A DNA stretch of 64,000 bases from Tubiluchus corallicola (Eukaryota; Animalia; Priapulida). Positions within the stretch are counted from its first letter, which is position 1, and each line of letters opens with the position of its first letter. A program made the translations under genes and the position numbers. Below, one piece after another: positions 22,313 to 63,755 of this stretch. The stretch spans positions 868,001 through 932,000 of the forward strand of contig JAQGDQ010000034.1 in the NCBI GenBank assembly GCA_030141605.1, in the 5' to 3' direction. A model generated the notes under the pieces. The model saw only the letters and a program-made list of their open reading frames with translations. It did no database searches and was not told where the DNA came from.

Positions 22313-25300
22313 CTAACTAGGATTCACTTGACTTGATTGTGTTTCCGTTAAACTAGATTCTCCTTTCTCTTCCTCTTCGGGGATGACTATATTTGGTCGC
22401 ACAAATGTCCTCAATACGGGTGATCCTGCCGGCATCCATTCCGGTCGGATCTTTCCGTGCAGCCGCCACGCTCCGTACTGGTTTGACAGATGTTTCTCGA
22501 ATACGATGTACTCCAACACGTCTTTAGGCATCGTTTCGCTACCGTATATTAGTCTGCCAAATCTATCGTAGATGGTTAAGATCTATAAGAGAAGGACAAA
22601 TCACTATTATGTTGCGTGTAATATTTGTACTGAAAAATTAAACCAAGCATTGCAAGTTTGCTGCATAATAGCTCCAACATAACTTGGCAACTGAATTCTA
22701 AACAATTTCTGTAATTTTCTTGTTAAAAACAATAAAATTAGAAATGCAACTGGGTCAGTGTAAGAACCGCGTTATACAGAGAAAAACATAATCCACAATC
22801 CAAGGTGTCTTGCATCTTCCATAAGGCACATGTCATAATTCACGATATGCTCCTTACTCTGTAAATAGTAAGGCATTTTGGCATAATCCGTTTCGGCAGT
22901 TGCATGCATCTGTAAATTGCTTTTTCACGTTTATGAGACCATTCTGTCATGAATTCTTATGATACAAATGAATTGTGTACTGTAGATACTACACACAAGC
23001 TAATTACCACTTTAGTGTTGATTTAAAATGCTTTATGGCAAAATGAAGTTAATAGCCGAAATCATTTTGCAATAAGGTGTCTTATGAACTGCTCAAAACA
23101 CGTTGTTGGGAGCCTACTGTAGACTATGGCTGACTGCTTACGGTGGGTAAACCGCAAGTAGGCGGGAGATGGCAAATGAATTACCAGTCTGATAGGTATC
23201 GCTGGTTAGCAGACGCTCATCTTTCATGAGGCGGCTTTTTCTCCTCTTGGATTACATCCAGGTCTGTGTGACACAGGCCTAGCACTATTATACTTTAATT
23301 ATAGTGGAAAATTCTGTGGTTTTCGCAGATTAGCAAAGTAAGAAAAACATACCTGTTTTGAATGCATGCGGACTGTGACTTGACCATAAACATTTGCCTT
23401 AGAAATCATCTCCGTTTGTCTAACGTGTGTTACTGATGGCGGCACTAAAGATTCCACCCATTGCCACTTGATTATTTTGTTCCTTAGCTGATGAGTTAAA
23501 TCCTAAATTATAGTCGAGTGTTGAGAAACAAGAAAATTGGTATCACAAAGTCTGATGCATCGTGTAACTGTATGTAAAAATTGTAGGACACTGGTTGACT
23601 TATTGTCTGCACCTCTAAACTCTACGTAAAATAATTTATTCATTTTTAGTCTACTTTCTCTATTAATACTTTTCACAATTTGACAGAAAAGGAATCTCCT
23701 GATTTCTTCAGTATTGATCTCCATATTACCGCCTTACCTACGTTTCATAGGTTTCATGCGATTAACGAAAGAGAAAATAATTCTAACTTTAAAATAAAAA
23801 TTTTGAGACTTTATCAAATTTTCAAATCAATCATTAATTAATTAAAGGTTTATTAAAAACTCTTGCAACCCGAAGGTAAAATTACATTATTTACTAAAGC
23901 AAAGGCCCCGCAAAAACATTTGCGTTTAAATACACTGATAATCAATAATACGCGAACATCCTACATAGTCCTCATTTATAACGCAAAGCCAGTAGCAGCT
24001 TTGACTGAATTAAAGTTATAAGATTATAGACAGAGTATAATGATTGAAGTCACAACAATGGCTTTGCGTCAGCAGTTTTCTATGCGAAAATTGTGCGAAA
24101 TGGAACCTCCAATTAACTCATCACAGCTCCTCAGAAAGGAAGCGTCCTAAAATATAACCCACATCATCATGTAGCCCTGTTCTTCCTCTGTCCCACCAGG
24201 CACCACTAGAACGTTTTTTCCGCATGCTGTTTGAGCAAAATTTCGAAAAAATCGCGAGTTGGGTCCGGAAAAACGCCCGTTACGGGACGCCGTGACCCGC
24301 TCGTGAATTCTAAATACGCCTATGACACCCACCGCTGAACGGGCTATCTATCCATATCCAGCACCACCCATGGCCCTTTCCCGTTCTTCAGATCTCAGAC
24401 ATATAAGTTTTGCAAAAAACGGCCGAAAATTGGCCGTTCCTCGCGGCGGGCCCGATTCGAAAAATAAACCCCCAATGGCACGACACTAGATCGAGACCTT
24501 TCGTTTGATGTATAGATCGCCGCTAATAGTGCCGTCGTCCGAGCTGTAGCCTCGAATCTTATATATATATATACCAGTAGAATTAATACATACGATGAGC
24601 CCAGACTCAGAAGGGTAGCAGTCTTATGCAAGAGTCAGCTTAAACGAATTTTTATGATTTACTATGTTCGTACTCACAGGATAAGCCTTTTCTGTAACCA
24701 AATCGTGAAGTTTATCCTCAATTTTTCTGACTTTATCATCAACGTACAGATCTACATTTCCTTCTCTGATGTACGCTCTTGTAAGCCTGAAAAACAATTC
24801 AATAATAGAATAAAAATAGATTTACCAGACATCAAATTGTGTCGAGAACGACAATCCCATGTAGAGTTAATCGTATACAGAATACTTGTGAAAGTCATTG
24901 GACGAGGGCTAGATGCAAAATGTTATTTAAGTAGTCGTACTTGTGTCACCTACAGCCAAATCACGTTGAAAACACCGGATCTCGTCTGATCACCGAAGTT
25001 AAGCAACATAGAGCCTGGTTAGTGCTTGAATGGGTGACCACCTAGGAATATCGGGTGTTGTAGGCTTGCGGGATGCCCACACTGTATCTCGACACTAGGC
25101 GGAGGAGTTGCACAAGCAACCAACGGCTAGAGGGCGAGGGAGGTCAAGTGACCCAACGGCCATGTGTAGAGAAGTAAACCTTCCAAATCAGGAGTGGAGC
25201 CCCGAAGGCGGACCAGTGCAGCATGCTCACTGACTCCGGCAGCTCCTGCAGCCAACCTGGTGGCAAACGTATCGCTCCACTTTCCTTTGGACTACACCAG

Positions 25301-28300
25301 GGAGGAAGAGAGGAAGTTCCTGTTGTCTGGGCAACTCAGTATCTCCATACACCTTGCTCAGGCGTGCACCCTGGAGAGGCCACTCCAGTGGTTCAAGGAT
25401 CGGACTGCTCAGCCACAGTCGACGCTGCAGTTTTGTATTAACAAAACTATATAATTGATTTGTATTAACAATGCAACAATAGCAAAAACAACAGTTACAG
25501 CAATGTTGCTTGATAACAGACACCAGCCTTAGAACAGCACAAAAAGTCAAATGCAAGAGGTGTAGCAAATCAGTATACTTTCAGTCATTTAGAACATATC
25601 TATAAATAAATTAACTAAGATTTAAGTCAAGAATTATTCTGTTGCAAAGCTTTACGCACTTTTCTAGCGTTTGGTTGATTTCGATAAACATCTCTTGTGC
25701 TCGAATAGCAAAATCTTTTGAATTGAAGTCCTCTTCGTACTGCCGTATTTTCCTAATAGCCAGTGCAGACTTTCCTTTCATCTGTATCGTCTTAGCTTGA
25801 TCTTTAACACCCTGGAACATGTAAGCAATTACACACATTTTTAAAGCAATTTTAACACATGTTTTTCTAAAGGCTGTACAATCAGTTGCTTTAGCAGAAA
25901 TCTCATGCCCAGAGGGCTAGGGTTTCTAAATCTCATTCTTTTTTCAAAAGAAAAAAAATAACTATAATAATATGAAATAAAAATCACCAATAGACAGTTT
26001 TTGAAATATATCTAAAGCTATTTCTCAAATTTCATGTTTAACTTACTAATTTAAAGTTGTTCAGATACTACAGACAGCTTTTGTATAACTTCAAAATTTA
26101 TTTCACAATAAAACTTCTGATTATTAATTTACTAGGATTCAGAACATTGTGTCGTTACTATGCTTCACAGACATAACCTAGTCACAATATGAAACACAGC
26201 AGATAAATCTATATGAATGCGATCAGTTAGCATTATAACTTAAAGCAGGACAAATTAAAAGTTCAGAAAGTAAACAAAAACGAAATAGAAAGGATATGAC
26301 GACTTTTACAAATTGATTACAATAAGGTTAGTATGTACAGTAGTCCATTTCAATATATGACCTAGGGTAAGTCACTGGCCTTTGATTTAATGCAAAAGGT
26401 TTATTATTAAATTCATGTGTAATTTGGTTTAATGCAAAAAATTTTCTAGTCAGTTTTAATTAGGATTTTGTTTAAACATTTAGCTTTGATGACGCATCTG
26501 CATCGTAACACTTAGCTTAGCCCTCAAAAATAAATGCACTGCAAATAATGAAATATCATGCAAAGTACAATACATTTATTGCATTTAACCCATATATTTA
26601 CTTCTCCTGCAAACAGAGTACAAAATGAATGCAATTTCTAGCAACTTTTACATACGCGACCGCATATACATTTTCTCAACTGAACAATATTATAATACTT
26701 GATAGTTTTCTCAAACTGAAAGAAATTAAGTTAATACACTTACAGTGGGACTGATTATTGATGACCTGCCATCTCCTTCAGGTGGCACGTAGGGTTCAAA
26801 TATGCTACCTGCAAAAATAAAAACATTTTACTTATGAGAGCATTACTAGTACATCTAACACTAGAATTGCAATTTGTAGTGGTGAATAATACAGTACTGG
26901 TACCACATTAATTTTTTTCAACACAAGTTGCAAACAATGTCATCAAATAGCAAGCTATTTTTGTAATACTAATCACGTAAGTTACGTAACTGACTTAGTT
27001 CTTTTGGAAGGAGTTTACAATTGCTCACACAATTAAAATACCCTAACTCTATCCCACCCTAACCCTAATCCAAACCCTAATCCTAACAAACTAGCCACTT
27101 CACAAACTAATTTCTTGTAAGCGGGGAATTGTAAACTCTAGCCATTTTTTCAAGTAATGTAGCAACAGAAAAATTTTGTGAGCAAATTGTCGTTATAAAA
27201 AACAATTTCTGATGCACAAGACGTCAAAAGCTTCCATTACGAATTCCAGGTGGCAGGCAACCAGCCAGGTGTGGAAGATCTTACAAATGTACCAGGGACT
27301 AAAAGCTGGCATCCCAGTGATGGACCAAGCCAAGAGATTTATGTATTTAGTAGTGAGACAGTTGCTGGTGGTTGCAGCAATGGGCCACAAAGATTCAAAA
27401 GCACGGTCTTTTAAAATGCGAATTTTATTAGAATTTTCACCACTTACATGTATTTATATTGGTAATGCAGCTGCTATCTTCAAACATTATTTCATTCATT
27501 GTTGCAGCATCACTCATAGTATTAATTAGTAGTCTACATCAAGCACATGCGGATTAAGTGATTTAAAACTGTGATGCTTAGCAAGATAATTTTGCCTTGT
27601 GTTAGATACTGTTCAACAAAATTTCTTAGACCTATACTAAGAAAGACCAGTTGATTTTGTTTTGGTTCACTGTTTACATCACTTTAATGGGACACAATTT
27701 AAAACAATAATTCAGCAAATATCTCACCCACCTAAGCATTTCTTATGACTGATGTTGCTTAACTACTGATTACTAAAGGATGTATTTTTGAGTGTCAGAA
27801 AGGAAATAAGCAGTGAAGTTTTTAAGATATTAGCACATAATTTGTACTGGTTGGTGACCAGGTGGCAAGGCCAGCTGCTAGAGTAACTATAATAGTAAAA
27901 TTTGAAGCCAAACACAAATCAATGATTCGCAAGATGACACTTTTAAGTTTGAACTATTATGTAATGAATTTTAGTACTTCTATTTGCTAGGGCTTGGAAG
28001 GTTAGCTGTGCTACTGCAAAAATCTGTATATCTTATCTTTATAACAGCAAGCCTATATATAGTGCGAACGAGGTCGCAACTATAACAGTTCAGTTACTGC
28101 ATAATTAACTATCATGCACAACACTACACTTGCACGTTCTCTCTGCTGGCCTGCTGTCTATGCTGAGTATGACGCTAGCGTAGGGACAAATTGCAGTGTA
28201 TGCAAGCGCACAGAAAGAATGTTACCTCAAGTAATAATCATGTTGTAACTTTGATGAGTATTAGAATGTGAAACTGTTTTGTCGTACTTTCTAATAAAAA

Positions 28301-30830
28301 AAGGAAAACAGCAAAAGTCTTTTCTACTAAACTTTTGAGAAAAATACTTTAAGAAAAAATTTGCGTCCCTCTGCCAGAAGTGTCCCGCAGACTATGTCAG
28401 CTAAACCGGTAAGATTTTACACCCCCCCCCTACACCAGCCAAAATCCCATTGACAGCTTCTGATTTAGTGATATAACTCTTTGCAATGGTATTACACATT
28501 GCTTGTTTTAGTAACTTTGTTTCAGTTTTTACTAATTTGGATAAAACCATAGCAAAAGATGCGATTTCTATACTTTAAATTTCTACAGAAATTCAACTAA
28601 GGGCACAATGTAAAACTTTGCAAATGAGTCAAAGAAATTTATGTATATTTTTGTTTTTACAATGGATGTGCCTCAAAGTTACAGTCTGAAAAAATAATAC
28701 TAATATAAAAATATGTGGAAAGGTGGAAAGTGCACAAATCCACAAAGTAATTAAGTCAGCTGACTGATGCCAATTATGCAATGAAAAACCATAATAACTT
28801 GGAAAAAACCCTAAAACCCTTTATAAATCCATTAATCTTTACGCAAAAACAATTAATCAAAAATGCTCAATAAATTTCTAAAGAAATTATATGGTTTTTC
28901 TACTTATGACATTGAGTACCACTACATAGACCTATATACAGCAAACATAAGCAAGACATGTCGCTTATGGTGATCTTTTTGCAAAGCTGTCCAAATGTAA
29001 AAAACAAAACTTTCATAAATGGACTTGTACCAGTAGATGTTATAAGAATCGGACGTTCTTCATACGGAGGATACGGCTGGATTCCCTCTTTCTTCATCTC
29101 CATGCGCATCTCTTCAATGCTGAGTTTCTTCTCCCGCCGTATTTTATCAAAATCTGGTAATTCTATCTAAAATACGAACCAACAATCAAATCTACATACT
29201 ATGTACATAAACTAATAAATGCACAAGTCTTACCAATTCTAATAGATGTCAAAATAGAGAAACTAGTCCCGTAGTTTCAATTTAGTTTTGTGCCATTTGA
29301 ATTTCTTTTTTATTTCTTGTACAATGCAATATTATTCAGTTGTAAACAGCAATTTACTTTCTTAATGTATTTTTTAACAAAATTCTATTATCTAAAAAAA
29401 AGATGAACCAAGTAGCTGTTGGCCATCTGCATTCTATAGACGCCCCAAGTAAGTTTCATTTGCCACACTCATTTTGCCAGTTTGCCTCATAGAGAGAATA
29501 TATGTACAGTATAGCTGAACATAGCCAAAATACCTCTGCCAATCCAGTGTTCACCTGAAATGATTAGTGTTGATAATGAGCCAAACTCTGGACTCCTCAC
29601 AAACACCCGAGTTGGGTAGGCCCTGCCACAAAATGCTTGGTTCCCGTTGGTAATATGCCAAAGTGAATAAAAAAGGGCACAATTTCATAATGATTGTTAG
29701 ATATTCACTAATAATTATCAATCTATGAACTATGAATTTTATTTCACACATCAAAAAATACAATATCAAACACATTAATAAACTTTAAATAAAATAATTT
29801 GAGTAGTGCGAGGTGAGTGTACGACCATACGATCATTAACACACTTTTTCAAGTGCTGCAGGTTTGCTCTGAAGACCAGGAGCTCATTTTGTGATCATAA
29901 AACATGACCTAAAGTGATAACAGTACGTTTTATTTTTACATAGGCCTAATAACGCAAGGCAGCCCTATTTGGAGAGCAATATGTGAAATTCGGACATACA
30001 CTAGCAAATGCTGAAACAGATTTGCCTTCAAAAAAAGTGATATTATTAAACATTCGTGGTGTGTCGGAATTTCGTTTAAATAGCTTAACCAAAACAAAAG
30101 ACTAAAATGTTGGCTAACAATTATTACTTTGATAACTTTCTGTGCTCGCAGTTTTTTAAATTCCGGTTTCCAGTGTTTCTTTTTCATAGGTCGCTGTTTG
30201 AATTGATAGAATCTTAACTGAATCGCAGAAGCTCCGAGGAGTGGCATACATTTCTGAAGATGAGACTGCAACAACAAAAGGCTTTAATGTATAGCTGAGG
30301 TTAATGTTCTGAACATGTTAATTTTGTTTGATAAATGTTGTGCAGTGAAAATAAATTATATGAAAAAACACTAAAGTAAAAAATGTAACAACTGCAATTT
30401 CTCAGAATAACTGTCAGATTGTTTCACTTTAGTAATATATCACCAGATTTTGTTTGCTGCTTCACAATAATTTAAAACATTTTATTTTTAAGTTTTATCA
30501 TGCACTTTACAAATGTAAAAACACACAACACGCTCCTAGAGCATTTCTTTCACTTTACAATTCATTCAGACTCTATGTCGTGAGGCTTCCGTCACATCGA
30601 GTATTGCAATGCGCTTCCATCACACTTTCAAGACAGGTTCTACCTATCCAGAGTAACCAACTTACTAACTCTCCGAAATTTATACAATTATGCTGCAGTA
30701 CATAAGCCAGCTGTGGACGTATTTTTCACACTTGTCTATATAGATTCTATTTTATATCATAACTCACCTTAAAACAACAAGAAAATGGATAGGATTTAAC
30801 TGTTAAACCAAAAGTGGCAATCGCCATCAT
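22313..30830 (-). CDS. MRPL45: Mitochondrial large ribosomal subunit protein mL45 (Tim44-like domain), 8 exons, 360 aa
   Basis: Exons (- strand): 30768-30830 (ATG), 30128-30265, 29031-29166, 26744-26808, 25660-25811, 24678-24786, 23353-23502, 22313-22582 (stop). Total 1083 nt, all GT-AG. Motifs [87 protein letters not shown] match mL45. Confidence 0.95.
24100..24600. mobile_element. CpG-rich dispersed repeat, probably Helentron/HINE-like
   Basis: GC/CpG-rich island in an AT-rich intron with GAGACCTTTCGTTTGATGTATAG and a (TA)n tract near one end, reminiscent of DINE/HINE cores. Boundaries are uncertain. Confidence 0.4.
24948..25067 (+). pseudogene. Full-length 5S rRNA-derived copy (pseudogene or SINE3-type head) in MRPL45 intron
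   Basis: ACCTACAGCCAAATCACGTTGAAAACACCGGATCTCGTCTGATCACCGAAGTTAAGCAAC...GGGTGACC...GGGTGTTGTAGGCTT is colinear with metazoan 5S over 120 nt. It has several transitions (some at CpG), an altered box C (TGAATGGG) and no oligo-T terminator after it. Confidence 0.9.
25068..25435 (+). mobile_element. GC-rich body following the 5S copy, resembling the 5' region of RTE-clade non-LTR retrotransposons
   Basis: Abrupt GC-rich segment. Motifs AAATCAGGAGTGGAGCCCCGAAGGC, CTCCGGCAGCTCCTGC..CTGGTG.CAAACGTAT and TTTCCTTTGGACTACA resemble RTE 5' UTRs from memory; not database-verified. Confidence 0.55.
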
Positions 30831-33800
30831 GAATTTAGCAGTAACACAACTCTTCGGGTTACCATTATGCTATTGCACATATTTGTGTCAAAGCGCATTT
30901 TTTACGCGCAGCACAACTGCATTAACACCCAACAAGCAAAACAGTAGTAAAACATTGATCAAACGACATACGGTAAGCCCTGGGTTGCTGCACGCAAATG
31001 TGAGGTGAACATTTTACAAGTGTGAAGTATTTTGTGGAGAGTTTTGTCGGAGAGTACCCGACATGGTCTCAATAGCTTAAAATCACGAGGAGTACAATGA
31101 TGGAACTCGTTGCCAAAAGATACCTTTGAAGGTAGCTTATTTTCTGCTTCCAAAAGATACACGAAAATCTTACTAAATGGATATACCTGTAGTACGTAAC
31201 TTGAAAGAATAATAAGCAGGGTAACTAGTTTTTTCTCCTCATCTCCTAAGTACTTGTTGTTCTTTCTCATACTTACTTTTTTCTCATGAATTTTTCTATA
31301 CGACACTCTCTTTTTCATACCTTTTTTTTCCATACTCTCAGTTTTTAACTTTACCCACTAACCTTAGCCAAATTATGCTGTTAACAAGACCCTGTTTGAA
31401 ACTACTACTTTAATACTACTATTACATATAATGATCCTAATTACTGAATAATCTACTTTCATTCATAAAATGCCCCTATCTTAAAAAATGTAGTAAATAA
31501 AAGAAATTGTTGCCACTTGCTGTTATACATTACCAAAAATATTTCCCAAGTACTATTTATTACGTTACTTACAGACCTTTTGTTGTCCCCAAATTGCATT
31601 GTTTTGTATAGCTTTATGTATTTAACTTGTAATAGTAATTGAAAATTGTATCGTGCAATTTTGTAATAAATAATAATATTAGTAATTAGCCATTTTTCTT
31701 AAATCCGATGTATCAGATGATTTGGTTAAAGTGTTTATAGTACATGATTGATTTATGGTTCACTCACTTTTTCACCAATTGTACTAGTTGAATTTTTTGC
31801 TTTCTCTGGTATCCTTTTCAGCGGATGTTGACCCAGCAAATCTGGAAGCTGTTTGCTGCCAGCAGTAAGCTAAGTGATAATTCCAATATTGACTATTCAC
31901 TTTCAGCCTACACTTTCAAATGTAACAGTTCCGTGACAGTATAAATTATCAACTGAATATTCTGTCCTGAATGGGAGAGCTCCCGTACTTTTCTTAAGAA
32001 AACAGTTTATGTTAAAAACAAACTGGAGTCCTTGCAAAGCTGTAACTAGTGTAAAATTCTGTTTTGCATAGAATATCACGCAAGATAAAAGAACTGAACA
32101 GTCACACATGGTTGAGCACTAAGATGGATGTTCCTATTTTACTCGCTATACGTTTCACTTCTTGCAAAACAAGATAATCTTTGTAAATAAATTACTACTA
32201 CTACCATAGTGTCCAACTGTTACTTAGCCCAACTGTGTATGTTTGTAAGATTTGTGTCACACCTTATTTTGTTGATTATTGCCAAGGCAACTACATATCA
32301 TTGCTTCAAAGAGATATAGCTGTTATGAAATTTGAATGACTAAAACTTGATATATAATTATGGCCATAGGGTATTATGTACATTATGGACATTACTTACA
32401 GTAAACAATAAGTATGTTCACAAAGTGACTGATGTAAAATAAAAACTGAACACCTTTAAACTGTACATAACTCAAGACATTTAATCATGTCTCAGTTGCA
32501 ACAGATACCAGGCATAGAAGTTTCAACATATACAAATGTACATAAACTGGGTACAATCAGTATCAGTTTAAATCATTGCGCAGTAATGTGCAACAGCTCT
32601 AATGGTAGTACATCGTTAAGCCAGCTGCTGTTTAAATAAAGCAAACTTCTAAATGGAAATAATGCATTCATACAGTCAGACATGTCAAATGTCATATCTT
32701 TTAGGCTGCAGAGGTGAAGCTCAACGCTGAAGACTGAAGTGGCTCAAGGTTCCACACAGGTTGTAATAACATTAGCGACCTTGCACATTAAGACACATTT
32801 TAGAAATAGGAATTTACAATCAGACAAAGAATTTTCCTTAAGCTAACTGGATCCATGAAGGAGAGAGACAAACACTGCAGTTGCAGTCAGAAAACAAAAA
32901 CTTTGATTCAGTCACAATTTCAATTACACAATTAAAGGTTAATAGTGAACAAACAAAATACAAGATTTCATTCATTTGATTCATTTCTCTTTTGATCAGT
33001 AATGAAAATGACTAGGAAGCAGAAAAAATATGTGGCTTCATCTGCGCTTGACATGGCAGCATGGAGGCCGTGTGCAAAATTAACCTAGTTTTCGACAAAA
33101 AAGCAGCAAAAATAGAAATGTAATCTCTTCCCGGATCTAGATGTGCAAGAAATTAGTTCATAGTCAACAGAATTTCGTAGAATGGCTATGAAACATGCCA
33201 GAAAATTAAGCTGCACATCACTGTGACAAAGACTTATAATACAAATGATTGCTGAGTTGTAGCTGAAGCAAAGAGGAGAGGAAGATAAATTTCCATAAAC
33301 AAGTCATATCTGTACAAATCTTGTCTTAAATATTTTGCATCATAAACTGCCACTAACAGACAGAATAGAAACAGAAAATAGCGTTGACTTTTTCTGTTTT
33401 GTTTGCTTGAGCAGCCACTTATGAACAGAACATAAAAGCAACAGATTTCTGAAAGCCTGGCAGACGTACCTGGAACAACTGATCACTCGGGGAGAAACGC
33501 AAATCATAAATTCCAAAAAAATCTAACGTTTCTACAACAACAATAACTGCAACAACAACAACATCAACAACGTGGTAAATAATAACAATTTATGTGTAAG
33601 GAAAGCAGTTAATTCAGCGAGGGGAATATGCGAACGCAGAACATGTAAAAATTTACACTGTCATAAACTAGAACTGAAAGATATACGCTTCATAACACAT
33701 CACAATGTAATAAAATATTTCATAAACAATCTCAACAGTCATAATCAGTCATGTAATCATTTTTGGCAGCGACAGTCCATGATAGCGAAAATGGCAACAG

Positions 33801-34809
33801 TCTGAACTGGGAACGTTAGCTATATAATGTGAACACATGAACAAGTGTGCCTCAACCCCACGGGAAGAATTGTACATATAAACTATAAGTCAATTACTAA
33901 CAACGATACATGGTTCTATCAACTTTTCAACGCAAAACTATACCTGTCTTTTCTATGCATGATTAACAATTGCAATTTCAACAAATTTTGGCTAACACTA
34001 GCCTCTACTCAAATTCTCGTCAACGAAAAATTAAACGTATCAATACCAGCAAGAAAGCACTGTGTGGTACTAACAGCCATGGGACCATACCATATTTTCT
34101 TTATGAATTAATGCCTTTTGAACACTGCTAGAACAAAATGGTTATTAATTTCAATTCAATATCCTGTTCGAAACATTTTTCCACAAAAACGGATTGCAGA
34201 ATAAATTATTGGCACTTAAGTTAGTCAACAGTCTTTGCTGTGCAGCAAGCATTTTCGCATAGAGCAGAAAATCAATAAGACATGCAGGAGGAATTCGCAC
34301 AGTCACTATTTCCTGTGAGGCTGTAACACAGTAGCAGTAATACTGTTTCGACATTAATAGTGCTGGAAGCAGAAAGCATGTAAACTACACAGAGTCCAAA
34401 AACGTGGGGCATCACATGTCACACATAACAACAAATATAACCACTACGGACGTACTTTCACAACAAGTGCTTTCAGCATCAATGTGCGTCAGATACGGGA
34501 AGAAATGGGTACATAAAGTGCATCAGGGCTTAACAGAACCGGAGAAAAACAGTCTCATGGAGATATACAGAAATTATAAATACAGTAAGTGTAACTACAA
34601 GCTGTTCATGAGTATGGTTAGTTCTTGGTTCTGCATAGCTGCACATCATTGCATCTAGCCAAGCTGAAGTTCTCAAAAGGCAAATGTGACGGGTAGTTAA
34701 ACGCCACCACCCGATTGCTGCATGGACGCTCATTCTCCGCTTCATAAACACTGTTATCAAAGAATAGTCAGTTTGGGGTGTAAAAATTACCTATAAAAAT
34801 ATCGCACCA

Positions 34810-63065
<28,256 letters not shown>

Positions 63066-63162
63066 CTATTTCTAACTAACGCTGAAAAAATGATGTTCAG
63101 CATGATATAATGTTCACTTGTTTTTCTTCAAAAACTAGTTCAAACACTACATTCCCTTTCAC

Positions 63163-63653
63163 CAGTGGCGGTTTGTGTATAGGTGCTGTGGAACTGCAGC
63201 ACCCCCCCCCCATTTTTACTCAATATTATCGATGATATTCAATAATTTAAGTCTTTTTTCTTTAGTCCTTTATTTATACTGGTATAAACCAAAGCACGCG
63301 CAGGTAGTACTGTTTGCTCCACAGCCCAGCACAGTGGTGTGTTTGGCTGTATGTTGCACTGATAGCATCTGCTGCCAGGTAGAGAAAGTACTGCCGCTCG
63401 CACAGTTCTGTTGGCAGCTGCTTAAAATCGTGTACTGGCATATTCTTGAACTGCGGCAATTTAGGCTATTCGTAAGAAAAAATGTTTTTGTTTAGGATTT
63501 TATCAAGTTTATGTATAAATGTTTGTTTGTTTAAAATTACAATTACAAATTACAACGTTAAAATTATACATGTTTGTTTCACTTCACACAGTATTAAAAT
63601 AATGGCTAAAAATGTTCTGAAGCATTACTAATTTTAAGTATAGGCCGCCATTG
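63163..63653 (-). mobile_element. Old hAT deletion derivative
   Basis: Ends CAGTGGCGG...CCGCCATTG, imperfect 8-bp TSD CCTTTCAC/CCTTTTGC, and a decayed hATC-like stretch (LPTELCER..ATYSQ) at about 63330-63430(-). Confidence 0.55.
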
Positions 63654-63755
63654 CCTTTTGCCAGCTCTACCTTCTCTTTAATAAGTGCTAATGTTTTTTA
63701 TTAATTAAATTAGTGATTATTTTAGTTGAATTACCAAAATTTTCACTAATGTGTG

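Noticed and set aside
24948-25067. Functional 5S rRNA gene
   Set aside because: Multiple substitutions including box C and position 1, and no T-run terminator; called a derived copy instead.
25194-25568. Short ORFs in the GC-rich body after the 5S copy
   Set aside because: No recognisable domain; expected by chance in GC-rich repeat sequence.
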